A stretch of DNA of 64,000 nt from assembly GCA_964106645.2 (NCBI GenBank), contig OZ067039.1. The stretch is one strand, 5' to 3'. How positions within the stretch are numbered: position 1 is the first letter of the stretch; every line of letters begins with the position of its first letter. This DNA is from Podarcis pityusensis (taxonomy: Eukaryota). Below, in pieces: positions 51,799-64,000 of the stretch. Position numbers and translations under genes: made by a program. The notes beneath the pieces were generated by a model. It was not told where the DNA came from, searched no databases, and saw only the letters and a program-made list of their open reading frames with translations.

Positions 51799-52412
51799 GT
51801 AAGTGGAATTGTCAGGTATGTGTAATTTGGAAGAAGATGTACACAGAAATTGGGTGCATAAGTGCTACATTTTCACAAGGCATAGGTTGGCAATACATGC
51901 TTTCTTTCTACGTGAGCACATACTACCATTATTTTTCAATAAATGTGCACTTTTCTTTGGGTTGGTGTCGAGATAATTATTCCAGAATATAGAATAGCAG
52001 GCATTAGGCCAAACTTGGCTAGTCTTTACTAACCTGATTTGGGGCCAAATCCCACATGTTTCATATCTGATCTCCAGCATAGCCCCATCCCCAAAGAGAC
52101 CCTCCTATACTATGACCCACTTAATCTATTTTCTCACAAGCGGAGATCTAACTCCCACTTCAGTATGAATCCAAACATGTCTGCAAATAGACTTCAATGG
52201 GCCTTGCTATAACTATCAACCAGCTGACTGGAGGTTACAGCAAGATGCTTTACAGTTGCCATATTATGTCAGGTGATTGATGGGTGGGCACCCCCACCCA
52301 CCTATAATCGTTGGTCTGCATGGCAGGAGTAGGGGCCACTGGCTGGAAGTGGCTCTTTATCTGTTCTAGGGAAACGCTGAGGACTAGCCCATTTGTCACA
52401 AGTAATGCACTT

Positions 52413-52448
52413 GTGTGTGTGCGCGCGCACGCACACGCACACACACAC
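52413..52448. repeat. Alternating purine-pyrimidine tract (GT/GC/CA), Z-DNA prone
   Basis: GTGTGTGTGCGCGCGCACGCACACGCACACACACAC. Confidence 0.8.
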
Positions 52449-52858
52449 TGTGCATCTCCCTCCCCTCAGTCCTTAACATCTGAATAATTTAATGTGTGGA
52501 CAGAGGTTTGTTGTGATGACTGAGCCATATCTGAGTAAAGGACATGGTGGTTCATCTTTCTTAGACAGATGTGTGGACTGTGCAAGCTGCTTCCTTGAGG
52601 AGTGCCCTCTCTCCACCCTGGTAGCCTATTGCGCTCCTGCTTCAGAAATTCCATATGTGAAACCTGGCTTTGTTATTGCTTGACTAGATAAGAATGATTG
52701 CTAGGAAAGTAGCCTCTAAAATCCCATGGATGTGACATGCAGGAAACACTGTTGTTGTAGCATCTTAATGATGTGCATGCTGCAGGGCAGGGTGGTGGTG
52801 GGATAATTCGACTGTCAACTTGAATTGTGAGTGGTAAAGTCTTATCTTCTGCTTGTAG

Positions 52859-52973
52859 GTTCAAATCCGGCCTTGGAATCTTAGTGATAGTGACTTTGTG
52901 ATGGATGGCTCACAGCCTCTAGACCCGCGGAAAACCATTTTTGTAGGAGGAGTTCCACGACCCTTACGGGCAG
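52859..52973 (+). CDS. CPEB4: CPEB4 exon (115 nt; VQIRPWNLSDSDFVMDGSQPLDPRKTIFVGGVPRPLRA, linker and RRM2 start)
   Basis: Acceptor tcttctgcttgtAG|GTT and donor GCAG|GTATGG. Overlaps ORF 52898..53104. Confidence 0.97.
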
Positions 52974-53222
52974 GTATGGTATGCAAAAACAAGTGCAGTG
53001 GCTCGTTGATTCTATCCAAGCTGCCTTACTGCTGTGAGAGAACATTGTGTCCTTATTTCTATTGTAGAAGTATGCCAGTGCTTGCTAAATTTAACTTTTG
53101 CTGACACTCCAATTATTTCCAGATAGAAGAGTACAAATAAACATGCTTTTGCCCAGGGTCTAGAAAGAGAAGTTATGTATATAAAATATCTGGGTAAATC
53201 GTTTGTTACTACTTTATTTTAG

Positions 53223-53404
53223 TGGAGCTTGCAATGATAATGGACCGGCTGTATGGAGGAGTTTGCTATGCTGGAATTGACACAGATCCTGAGCTGAAGT
53301 ACCCAAAAGGAGCTGGGCGTGTTGCATTTTCTAATCAACAGAGTTACATAGCTGCTATCAGTGCCCGCTTTGTTCAGCTGCAACATGGAGAGATAGATAA
53401 ACGG
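53223..53404 (+). CDS. CPEB4: CPEB4 exon (182 nt; VELAMIMDRLYGGVCYAGIDTDPELKYPKGAGRVAF...HGEIDKR, RRM2)
   Basis: Acceptor actttattttAG|TGG and donor CGG|GTAAGG. ORF 53222..53467. Confidence 0.97.
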
Positions 53405-54046
53405 GTAAGGGCTAGAGCACATTGTGTGTATTACTCAGCATTATTTCATGGGTTTATTTCCATATAAGTGCCCGTGTGTGGCAGGAGAAAATGTTGTATT
53501 AAATGGAAAATATTATCTTCCCTGTATTCCTAGCATACATGCATAAAAAAGCCATACCACACACAAAAAAGCTATACCACAAAGCCCCTCCATCATCCCA
53601 GATATCCGGAGGTGGGGGGATCTAGTTTAACATTGGCTTTTTAATGCCTTCTGGCACCTTCTAAAACTGTTGTTCCCTTCAGAGAAATTTCCTGTAGCAC
53701 AGCATAAGCCTGTCTTCCTAATGTTATCCTGTTACCTCTGCATGACTTGCTTTGCTGTTGGCCTCTTTTTCACCCCTGCCTATGTGCTGGAAGTAGAATG
53801 GTCAATTGGTTTATGACAGTAGAATGCAAACTGCTGCACTATTTGCATTCATTTCTACAGAATTTGTGTGAGTCTCTCTGAGTCCTGTTTTAATTCAGTG
53901 CAGGTTACACAGCAACAATATGCAATCATCATTTTATGTTGATGTTAGTGCTGGCTTCTTAATAACATATGTTCACAGCACATGCCAACAAAAGCAAAAA
54001 TAGCTTTGCCACAAATGTCCATATTTCCCTGTATGTAGCTCATTGT

Positions 54047-54295
54047 CATCCTTCCTTCATTCGCCAAACCTTTATTAGGCATTACAAATATAGGCCATCA
54101 TAACATCCACATATAAAATTTTAAAATATATACAAATAAACAGCCATGTAAAAATATGTAATAATAAGAATTTTTGTTGGAGTTTCTTCCTGCTAAATAG
54201 TGCTATTCACCACCCTGAGAGATACTATTGATAAAAACTCAGCCACCCTTGCGGTTACTTCCGGGTTAATGTCGGACAGGTATTTTCTGATATTT
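54047..54295 (-). mobile_element. Short 3' fragment of a non-LTR retrotransposon (family uncertain)
   Basis: Minus strand reads RKYLSDINPEVTARVAEFLSIVSLRVVNSTI*, then an AT-rich UTR, AATAAA and a short simple-repeat tail. Possible TSD TCATTGT on both sides. Confidence 0.45.
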
Positions 54296-56449
54296 TCATT
54301 GTGCTGTGTCATTCACATGGTGAGGAAGAAAGAGTTAGGATTAAGGAACAGGCAGTATTTTGTTGTGGTGTAAGATCTTGTGAGCCAGCTCTGTCACTGT
54401 TGTATTGTTTTACTGTTTCTTAGCCATTTTACATGTTTTCTTCCGGGGTTTTGTAACTCAGCAATTTGAAAACCATGATTTACTTGATTGGATTTTTAGG
54501 GAGAAAAAGCAAATTGTGCATATTGTGCATATTGATTTGTGGTGGCTGGTCCTTCTCCGAGTTTAGAAGAGCTGTCATGTTTCAATTTCTCATACACAGT
54601 AATGGCATACAGGTTAGATTTACTGTTGCTAGCAAAAGGTACCTGAAATCTGAGCAGGAAATGAAAACATTCCTGTCCATGTCCTCCAGCAGATTTAGGC
54701 ATATGCAGATCCTTTCTAGACTGAGTCCCCTTTGCAGAAAAGCCGTCCCCCTTGCTGGATTTCCATGTCCAGAATCTGCATCTGTGTGTGCACTTCCCCC
54801 TTGGGGGATGGAGCCACAGATACAAGTCAAACTCGCCACTTTTGCACAATCAGATCCCAGTTTAATAAACTAGGATATGTCCTTTGCTGTCACTTTGTTC
54901 TACTCTTCACATGAGTGGCAAAAACAGACCATGGTTTCCTGTTACATGTGAAGCAGGGACTATGACTAATGACTTCCAAACAAGCCAGATTTGCAAGACA
55001 GCTTCCGATGCAGCCACTGTCAGTTTTAACAGCACCAGTCATCTAAGAGGAGTCCCCCCGCCGAGGGAGGAAATCTAAATTTAGACCCCTTCAGTAGGGG
55101 CTACCACAGTTGGTGATAGCAGTGACACCCATTTGTTTGGCAAATCCAGACAATCAGTGTGTACTGTAGTCAGTGAAGATATCTGGATCATGATGTGCCT
55201 CTCTTTTTGTGTGAAAATCTAGACTTTGACATTTGTAAGCATTTAATGCTCTCTCAACCTCACACACACACACGTTTTTATAAAACTCAATTTAAAGCAA
55301 ATGTCACTACAGCCTCTGAAATATATTTCTGTCTAAAACATATTCAATGAAATAAGGAGTTGTTTATTCACACTTCTTAACATTGGTTAGGAAACAGTGC
55401 TGTTCAACATTCAAATATTTTTTAAATCCTTGAAACGGTGCAAAAAGACAAGATGACACAAGATCCATGATTGGACTGACCCCCCTTTTAATAGTAAATT
55501 TAGTTGGTGGAAGGAACTGAATCAGGCAGTGGAGGGAACATTGGTTTTTTTAAGCATCTCTTCCCCTCCCTATTTGCATGAGTGGACTGGCGGACATTTC
55601 TTAACTAGAGGGATTATCCTGTTAACCGAATGTCTGCCAGTCCACTCTTCAAACAGAAATTCATGGTAAGACCAATTTCCTTCCTTTTCCCACTTCAGAT
55701 TGTCCCCCTAATACTACCATCAGCCTGACATATGGTTACTGTATGTTTTGCTCTGCATGGCAAATAATCCAAATTGCCCCCCCACTCCACCCCATAGCTA
55801 TTAAGAAAGTGGGGGTGGGGGGAGAATTAAAGCCTTTTTCCCCTGTGCTGTATTTCAGATCCAAATCAGGCCTTTTAAAATAAAACCAACAATCCTGGAG
55901 AGATCCAATCACAGATATCCCTTCTTGTGTTGTTTCCATGGTCTCTTCCCAGTAGTGAGGCTTAAGCAAATATTAAATGGTTTTATTTCAGCAAAACTCC
56001 TCAATCACTTGTTCTTATGGGGCACCTCAGTATCTTTAATTAAAAAATACTTTCACATGTTCAAAATTGACTTGACATGCTGCCAGTTAGGAACAAATAC
56101 TTTTTTAACCAGCAACACAGAACTCCCCCAATATGATACTTCGATCAAACATTTCAGCACAATCAAAATCCCCTTTCCTTTCTCCCTTGCCAAATTATTG
56201 CCTTACACATCACTTACATAATGGTGTGTCTTGTATAAAACGAAACAAATTCTTCACATGTGCAAGCATCCTAAGAATTACTGGGGGGGAAACTTCTGTA
56301 GGTTTGCATGGTGTCTCTTAGCATGCTGCCAAAGATATGGTGATGACCACTAGCCTGGATTGCTTTAAAAGAGGGTTCGGCAAATTGATAGATAACTTTA
56401 AGCATCAATTAGTAAAATATTTTTTATTAATAATAATAATAGCAGTAGC

Positions 56450-56672
56450 AGTTGTATTTTCATCCTGCTCTTCCTCCAAGGATCTCAGGGCAGCATATAT
56501 GCTTCCTCTCTCGCACCCTCAATTTTATCCTCACAGCATCCCTGTGAGCTAGGTTAGACTCAAAGAAGATGACTTGTGCACAATTACTCAGTAAGCTTTA
56601 TGCCTCAGTGGAAATTTGAAACCATCTCTCTGAGGATCTAGTCTAGAACTCTGACCACTGTGTCACACTCCA
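56450..56672 (-). mobile_element. CORE/MIR-like SINE inserted within a CR1 3' fragment (CR1 pieces ~56335-56410 and ~56780-56910)
   Basis: TTTTATCCTCACAGCATCCCTGTGAGCTAGGTTAGACT core, with a similar copy at ~47255-47400. Flanking ORF VMTTSLDCFKRGFGKLID resembles the CR1 ORF2 C-terminus. Confidence 0.55.
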
Positions 56673-57018
56673 CATTCAGAGACCTACAGGTATAGGACAG
56701 TATACAAATTTTAATAATAGTAATAAAATAACCTTCATAATTAATAAACAACTTATGAAAACCAAATTACTGGTGGACATATAACAAGGGAAAGCTATAG
56801 CTTTCCTGTCCTGTTTGTAGGTTTCTTGGAGGTATCTGGTTATCCATTGCTGGCAACAGGATGCCCGGCTAGTTGGATCCTTGCTCTGCTCCAATTGAGG
56901 TTTTCTTAAGGCACAGTGGAATATTCATTGAGGCATCTGTATTAACAGTTAGATTGCAGTAATCTACACAGAAGACACTCTAGCAGTGTAAACTTTCTCT
57001 CTCCTTCTTTTAACACAG

Positions 57019-57246
57019 GTGGAAGTTAAGCCATATGTCTTGGATGATCAGCTGTGTGATGAATGTCAGGGGGCCCGTTGTGGTGGAAAATTCGCTCCAT
57101 TTTTCTGTGCTAACGTTACCTGTCTGCAGTATTACTGTGAATATTGCTGGGCTGCTATCCATTCACGTGCTGGCAGGGAATTCCACAAGCCCCTGGTGAA
57201 AGAGGGAGGAGATCGCCCGAGACATATTTCATTCCGCTGGAATTAA
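57019..57246 (+). CDS. CPEB4: CPEB4 last coding exon (228 nt including TAA; ZZ-type zinc finger)
   Basis: Acceptor cttcttttaacacAG|GTG. Encodes VEVKPYVLDDQLCDECQGARCGGKFAPFFCANVTCLQYYCEYCWAAIHSRAGREFHKP...FRWN*. Confidence 0.98.
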   Translation: MEVKPYVLDDQLCDECQGARCGGKFAPFFCANVTCLQYYCEYCWAAIHSRAGREFHKPLVKEGGDRPRHISFRWN

Positions 57247-58083
57247 GTGATTCCTGCAGCGTCTTCATATGCAGGCCTCAAAATAAGTGCACTCTTCTGT
57301 TATCCTGATTCCCATGCCCTCCCTTCCTCTTCTCTCTTATTCAAGATAGCATGTCCTACTGTTGTAGTCTGTAACTTAACAATAGTGTAACAAAAGAATG
57401 ACCTATAATCATATAGGTATTTTGTAGAATCTTGTCATTAAACTGTATTGGGAACTGCTATTCATATGGATAACACAGTGCATGGAAACCAGGTTCTCTT
57501 ACCTTTAGTTACCCAGGGGGACACTGCTTTCCTGCTATCTTTTCTTGAAGGAAGAGAGAACAATATTAAGAGAAGAGAAATGAAACAATAGAGTATTTTG
57601 TTTTTTAATTAAATTATTGCTAATAACAAAATCAATAGAATACTTTTATGAAAAGTAATCATGAGATAGGAACACTATGAATCTATTCTGACACTTTGTC
57701 CAACCCACCCTTCCTTCTCCCCTTCCCTGCCCAAACCTCTGGGAAGCCTGTTTTCTTGCCGCCTATGATTTTATAGCAATGGAAACAGTTAGCCGTTAAC
57801 CTAGTAACAGGAAAGAGCATGTTTAAAGCAACAAAAATGCATGAGCAAGGTTTAAAGCAGCATTAAGTTAAATGTTTTATTTAAGGGTTCCGAAGCTATT
57901 TTTTTAGCACAGTACGTGTTTCTCACCGTGCCTCCGACTTCCCACCACATTCAAACTTTTACTAATTGAGTAGGCAGAGCTTAGATCTGTGTTCTTCATC
58001 CAAGCAATCACATTTTAAAAGTTCCTGAATGTAAATCCTGGGTCAATTTACTACTGGGGGTGGGTGGGGAGTGCACTTATTCT

Positions 58084-58125
58084 TTGTTGTTGTTGTTGTT
58101 GTTGTTATATTATTATTATTATTAT
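58084..58125 (+). repeat. Compound (TTG)n(TTA)n microsatellite in the 3' UTR
   Basis: Directly visible. Confidence 0.9.
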
Positions 58126-59360
58126 TTTTAAAGAAGAAACTTCATTATCAGAATACAGCCCTAGAAATCCTACCAAAGCTAAAGTAATGACAACTAGTGA
58201 ACTGGCATGTCCTCTCCTGAAGAACAAATGTATAGATTTTATTTTTGATGGTTATATAGAACTCTATATCCTAATTTACTAATGTTAATCAGGGGCCAGC
58301 CTTTGCTCTCCATTTTGACGTGAAATACAAGAACCTAAAGATATACCTCAAGATTATGATTTTGATTCCCACCTCCCCCACCCGCCTCTAAGACACTAGT
58401 AATTCATTCTAACCACACAGATCAAAATTTGGCTACTTACTGGGCTTACTCTGGGATGTAAATGTGTTTTAATCTCCGAATGAAATTGGATCATCAAAAG
58501 CATAAGAGGGACAAAGTGAAGTTTGTTTCCAGGGATGTTATGCACTGTTAGTTGAATGAATATGCATTGCATATTGGCAAAGAAGAATATGCTTGTCTTT
58601 CAGCAGAGAGCAAGTAAGAAAATCTCAATAAATAATTCTTTTTGGAACTTAGCACAGAAAATAAAGAATTCCAGGGCTCTAATGTACCAACTTGCTGAGA
58701 AATGCATGGGTTGTTTGAACCATATAAGTGAGAACACAGTAGATGTTAAAGCTAAAGCACAGGGTGGTGTTGGTTAGTTTGATATAGTCACTTGAGCTCT
58801 GTAAAGCTGAGAAAATTGATAGGAGTGAATGAGTTCAGTTCTTAAGAAATGATTTTGTAGCAGTGTGCAAAACAACCCAGTCCATTGGCAATCTGAACTG
58901 GCATGGTACCACCATAGACTCTTAAACCAAAGACTTGCCTTAGCACAGCTACAGACAAAAAAAAGCAAATCTCTTCTGTAAGCCCTCTCCCTCCCCTTTC
59001 CTTCCCCCTCCCCAATTATCTTTGAGAAGCAGTTTTGATTTTCAACACATAAAACATACCTTGTTATTTTCCAAAGGTCAAAATGGAGACATTTGCTGTC
59101 TACTCGTCAAGTAGAGAAAGGGAGCTGCTTTTAATGAAATCCCTGCAAATATTGACAACAGTAAATGCAAATGGAGAGTGCTCTTTTGTAGACTGTCAGG
59201 GACCTTTTTCTCTGAAGTACATAATTATAGTTGGAATATTCGTTTTAATTTTTTTAAATGCTTGTAGGTGGCTTGGGGTGTCTTATTGTGCCGATCCTAC
59301 CCAGTGAACAGGTGAGATGGGTTACCATTACAAGAAATAACACTGTTTGAGAAGTAGCTT

Positions 59361-59708
59361 NNNNNNNNNNNNNNNNNNNNNNNNNNNNNNNNNNNNNNNN
59401 NNNNNNNNNNNNNNNNNNNNNNNNNNNNNNNNNNNNNNNNNNNNNNNNNNNNNNNNNNNNNNNNNNNNNNNNNNNNNNNNNNNNNNNNNNNNNNNNNNNN
59501 NNNNNNNNNNNNNNNNNNNNNNNNNNNNNNNNNNNNNNNNNNNNNNNNNNNNNNNNNNNNNNNNNNNNNNNNNNNNNNNNNNNNNNNNNNNNNNNNNNNN
59601 NNNNNNNNNNNNNNNNNNNNNNNNNNNNNNNNNNNNNNNNNNNNNNNNNNNNNNNNNNNNNNNNNNNNNNNNNNNNNNNNNNNNNNNNNNNNNNNNNNNN
59701 NNNNNNNN
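59361..59708. other. N run (348 nt)
   Basis: Directly visible. Confidence 1.
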
Positions 59709-60693
59709 GTGCACTGGCAATGCTATTTTAGAATTTGCAGAGAAAAGAAAGCATGTTGCTTAAACATCTTTAGCCCAGCACCAGGTATTTGGTGTACATA
59801 TAATTTAAAGAAAAAATACTTATATGTAAAGTTGAGACTTAAAAAGAAATTTTTAAAAAGCATGAAAGTGACAAATGAGAGAGTTTGTCTTTAGACCCTT
59901 GAAATTTAATGCATAAGCATAGAGTAGAAGTTTAAAAGTAACATCCCAAATTGTCTACCGCTTCTTAATAGGTTTTTAAAAGTAATACACAAATGCAGAT
60001 GTTTTTTGGTGAATGTTTAGCCATTTTTAATCTTAACAAATTGATGTTAGGTGTTTGCAGAGATGTGTCTGCTCTTTTAAATCATATGTAAGGAAATAAA
60101 CCCAAGCCTGCCCAGTGGTGGGCATGTAATGTTAGTATGCATGACTAATATTAAAAGAAAAATGTTATTCTACTAATATTCACTTGTGGTGATTGTGTGA
60201 AAAGCGTGTTTACAGATTATTTGGTTACACTTCAATTTACAGGGCATAAATGATTATCTATATTACTCTGTACTCTAGATAGTGCTAATATAATATGTCC
60301 TTCTGATTACATGGGAGGGTGGAGTTGCCATGTCACTCCAAGCATAACTAACATGTAATTAGTTTTAAAATCTTAGGGTATCACTTTATTTAAAGGGGTG
60401 TAAACAAGCATGTCATTTTCTCTCACAAGCATGGCACTGGCCATGTACTTACAATGTAGTTACAGAGTAATTACATGGTTATTTTTGCAATGTAAAATAA
60501 AGTGTTTCTGATTATTTTATATGTAAAGGAACCCCCCACTGCCCCGTGCTTTTTTGGTATATAGTATCTACTTCTCCATACACAGACCTCTGCAGAAAGC
60601 AAATCTAAAACTTGCAGTGAATGACTTTAGTGTTTTATAAGGATGCTGTTGGAAAGACTTGATAATTCACCCCTTTTTTGTTTCTTGAAGAGT

Positions 60694-61373
60694 NNNNNNN
60701 NNNNNNNNNNNNNNNNNNNNNNNNNNNNNNNNNNNNNNNNNNNNNNNNNNNNNNNNNNNNNNNNNNNNNNNNNNNNNNNNNNNNNNNNNNNNNNNNNNNN
60801 NNNNNNNNNNNNNNNNNNNNNNNNNNNNNNNNNNNNNNNNNNNNNNNNNNNNNNNNNNNNNNNNNNNNNNNNNNNNNNNNNNNNNNNNNNNNNNNNNNNN
60901 NNNNNNNNNNNNNNNNNNNNNNNNNNNNNNNNNNNNNNNNNNNNNNNNNNNNNNNNNNNNNNNNNNNNNNNNNNNNNNNNNNNNNNNNNNNNNNNNNNNN
61001 NNNNNNNNNNNNNNNNNNNNNNNNNNNNNNNNNNNNNNNNNNNNNNNNNNNNNNNNNNNNNNNNNNNNNNNNNNNNNNNNNNNNNNNNNNNNNNNNNNNN
61101 NNNNNNNNNNNNNNNNNNNNNNNNNNNNNNNNNNNNNNNNNNNNNNNNNNNNNNNNNNNNNNNNNNNNNNNNNNNNNNNNNNNNNNNNNNNNNNNNNNNN
61201 NNNNNNNNNNNNNNNNNNNNNNNNNNNNNNNNNNNNNNNNNNNNNNNNNNNNNNNNNNNNNNNNNNNNNNNNNNNNNNNNNNNNNNNNNNNNNNNNNNNN
61301 NNNNNNNNNNNNNNNNNNNNNNNNNNNNNNNNNNNNNNNNNNNNNNNNNNNNNNNNNNNNNNNNNNNNNNNNN
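60694..61373. other. N run (680 nt)
   Basis: Directly visible. Confidence 1.
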
Positions 61374-61431
61374 TTTGTATGTTCTACTCTAAGTTATAAC
61401 ACAAGTTTCTTTTTTAAGAGAGTTCATTTGT

Positions 61432-61563
61432 NNNNNNNNNNNNNNNNNNNNNNNNNNNNNNNNNNNNNNNNNNNNNNNNNNNNNNNNNNNNNNNNNNNNN
61501 NNNNNNNNNNNNNNNNNNNNNNNNNNNNNNNNNNNNNNNNNNNNNNNNNNNNNNNNNNNNNNN
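61432..61563. other. N run (132 nt)
   Basis: Directly visible. Confidence 1.
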
Positions 61564-64000
61564 AGCTGTTATTTTGAGCTCTTCAGCATTGTGACATAAC
61601 CACTATTTCTTTTTGACTTCATTATTTTATGAAGGAACAGTGTGGCAGAGTGGAAATCATTTTGCTACATGAGTCTCTAATTCAAATCACTGGCCAGCCA
61701 TGAAATGCAGTTGTTGACCTGAAGGACAGTCATATCCCAATATTGCTCAGATTTATGTGATTGCTGTTAGTGATAACAGTTGTAAACCACTATGTTCTAG
61801 AAACAGCTAACATCTGACCTGCAGTAGTGTTTTATTCTCTGCTTCAAAAGAAGTACTAAAAATTAGACAATGATTCTTTTATTCTTTCTACTTTGGACCT
61901 TGTGAATTGAAGAGCCAGTGTAAGGACAGAGTTTTGGACTTTGACCAAGGTGGCTAAGATCTAAATAGCTGCTCAAGGAAGGAAAGGAGGGAGAAACAAG
62001 AAGAGAGGAGACTTGAAAGGTGCACTGGTTTTTCTTCAGCCCAATGAGTTTCACATCTTATGACTCCTGTAATGTTCTCTGTATAATCATAAGCCAGGAA
62101 ATAGTTTTAGTGAAGAACTATCTACAACAGATCTTCTCTCCTTTTGCTACTTTCTCTCTCTGGCATCTAGCCCTGCTTCTTGCTTGGGTCAAACCTGCAA
62201 AATAAGAAATAAGGAGAATGCTCACATTTATTCTTACAGCTCCTGAAGGAGCCCTAGTTAACCAGAACAGTCTTCTGTACTACCTTAGATTAATGTGCTT
62301 AACATGTGATTATTATTATTATGATCATCTGTGAATTTTCTGAGTCATTCTTGAATTCCATAATACAATTGGCCATTTTCCTTGGATACTTGAGATGCAG
62401 CTTCCATGGCGTTGATATTGATATATTTAATAAGCAAATCTGCCATCTTCAGTCAGATCAGAACCCTTCTAGTATTTTGTCATGTTGTTCTGAGATGGTT
62501 TTGAGAGTTCGGCCTCCCAGTGGTGTCAGCTTCGATGTCTCAGTCCTAGGCATAATAAAGCCCAACAATAGGGGATAGTCCTAAAGAACTTTGTTTTCAG
62601 ACATCACTAATCACAGAGAGTGTGCTGTTAGGATAAGCCTTCAGCTGCTGCTCAAATGTCACCCTGGGGGTAGAGCCAAATACTGACTATTTATATTTTG
62701 TAAATTTGGTACTTGGGGAAGATCTGCTGTCTCTGGCAGGAGTCTCATGTGACTTTGGCATGAATCTTCAGCAAACTCAGCATCTTAGCATCTATTTTTA
62801 AACAGCCAGCCTTCGGTATGTCAGCTAGGCCAAAAACAAACAGCCAAGTGTTCAGTCACCTGCTTCCACTTACTGGTCTTCTGCTACTTAATCATCAGGA
62901 CAAAGGGAAGCCCAGTGTGTGATGCTGAAATAATGGAATGTTGGATGAGCGGTGAGACAATTGGGGTGGCAACGTGTCGGAGGAGAAGAATGCAAAGCAT
63001 CAGAAACTGGAGTGACTTGGCAGGCGGGGCAGAAAAAAGCTTGGCCAGCTTTGCCAAGTCTGGGTGAGGCCGGCCTGGGTTCTTGTGGTTTTCTCCTTCA
63101 TCCCCCAAGCACACTTGGAAGCTGCTCTAGGGAGAAAGTGGAAAGCTTTTATGGAATGTACACAGCTGAGGCTTTGAGCTACGTGGTATTCTATATTACA
63201 ATGCCAAGCCATCTGTGTTTTTATAGCCAGTGCCCCTTTACAATCTAAATCCCATACGTGATACATGTAAACAAAGCTACCCAAAATTTCAAAATTCAGA
63301 TCACTAAAGCTAATGTTGCAAATGTCACTTGTTTGCCAAGGCGTTGAAAACCAAATCAATCACTGTTTTGAATTAGAAAGATGGCTCCCAATTTTCTTGC
63401 TTCTTCTTAATAGAGCTACCCTTACAGGTAATCAGCATGTTTACAACAACATATTTAGTTCTAAAATAATCTGATTTACCTTCTAGGAAACTAAAAAGGA
63501 AAACAAAAACCCTATCCCTATGTTTTGTTATGTGAGTTACAGAAATAGCAATACAAAATACAGTGATATCGTCAACCTGGTGTGCATACACAAAGATTAT
63601 TCTTCGCCTGTTTTTTTTTTTTTAAAAAAAGGCCAGTCAGATATTATTTGGCCATTGTTTGAAATGTGAAGTGAGTACATCCCCCCCCCCCCCCGCAATT
63701 TCTTTTCATTTATGAAACATCCCAAAGCAAAATATAAAAACCATTTCAAATCCAGTATGGATACAGACTAAGATAATAATCTCCCCTTAAAAGACTTGTT
63801 TAAAAAGGAAAGCCTTGAATGTATTCCAAAAAGACAACTGAGATGGTGCTTGCCTAATACAGAAAGTTGCAAAGGGTAGGTGTCATTACAATAAGTGCCT
63901 GACTTTTACATCATGTGGAAGATGCCTCCTGATGGTATCTGCAAGAGGCATATGAAACTGCAGACTTTGAATTCTTCATGTATTCACAATCTATTTGGGC

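Larger units (their letters stand above)
9020..61600 (+). other. CPEB4: CPEB4 gene span (TSS and 3' end approximate)
   Basis: Nine in-frame coding exons with canonical splice sites reconstruct a 712-aa protein: low-complexity N-terminus, two RRMs and a ZZ-type zinc finger ending ...RPRHISFRWN. TSS inferred from the CpG island and ETS/GC boxes. 3' end inferred, and it may lie in or near the last N gap. Confidence 0.96.
57247..61600 (+). promoter_or_regulatory. CPEB4: CPEB4 3' UTR with CPE-consensus elements, AU-rich motifs and several AATAAA signals
   Basis: TTTTAT/TTTTAAT at about 57603, 57644, 57769, 57875, 58237, 58467, 59129, 59243, 60025, 60515 and 60633. AATAAA at 58627, 58660, 60095 and 60496. 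No recognisable TE in about 4 kb. End point uncertain because of N gaps. Confidence 0.7.

Noticed and set aside
59328-61577. Long ORFs of 130-299 aa in the ORF track
   Set aside because: Artefacts of translating N runs.

Overview
Vertebrate genomic DNA, most likely a squamate lizard judging by the repeat content (BovB, CR1, tRNA-derived SINEs, hAT-type MITEs). The window holds one complete protein-coding gene, CPEB4 (cytoplasmic polyadenylation element-binding protein 4), on the + strand. A CpG-island promoter lies at about 8.7-9.6 kb. I mapped nine coding exons by hand with canonical AG/GT sites: 10841-11965, 24770-24851, 44553-44576 (the 24-nt microexon ARTYGRRR, missed by the ORF track), 48158-48331, 50227-50316, 51680-51798, 52859-52973, 53223-53404 and 57019-57246. 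Together they give 2139 nt, i.e. 712 aa with the microexon and 704 aa without. A long CPE/ARE-rich 3' UTR follows and is interrupted by three N runs. I found no prokaryote-style novel system. The most interesting observations concern regulatory architecture: (1) the 51-nt mammalian exon 3 (GRLNYSYPGSDSSLLIN) could not be found by eye in a gap-free intron; (2) the intact microexon has an RBFOX site and an 18-bp inverted repeat downstream; (3) a candidate optional 5'-UTR intron holds 8 of 10 upstream ATGs; (4) there are strong hairpins in the promoter and the last intron; (5) a CpG-rich solo LTR with a 5-bp TSD lies upstream; (6) all N gaps fall in the 3' UTR. Comparisons with human are from memory and need checking by alignment.
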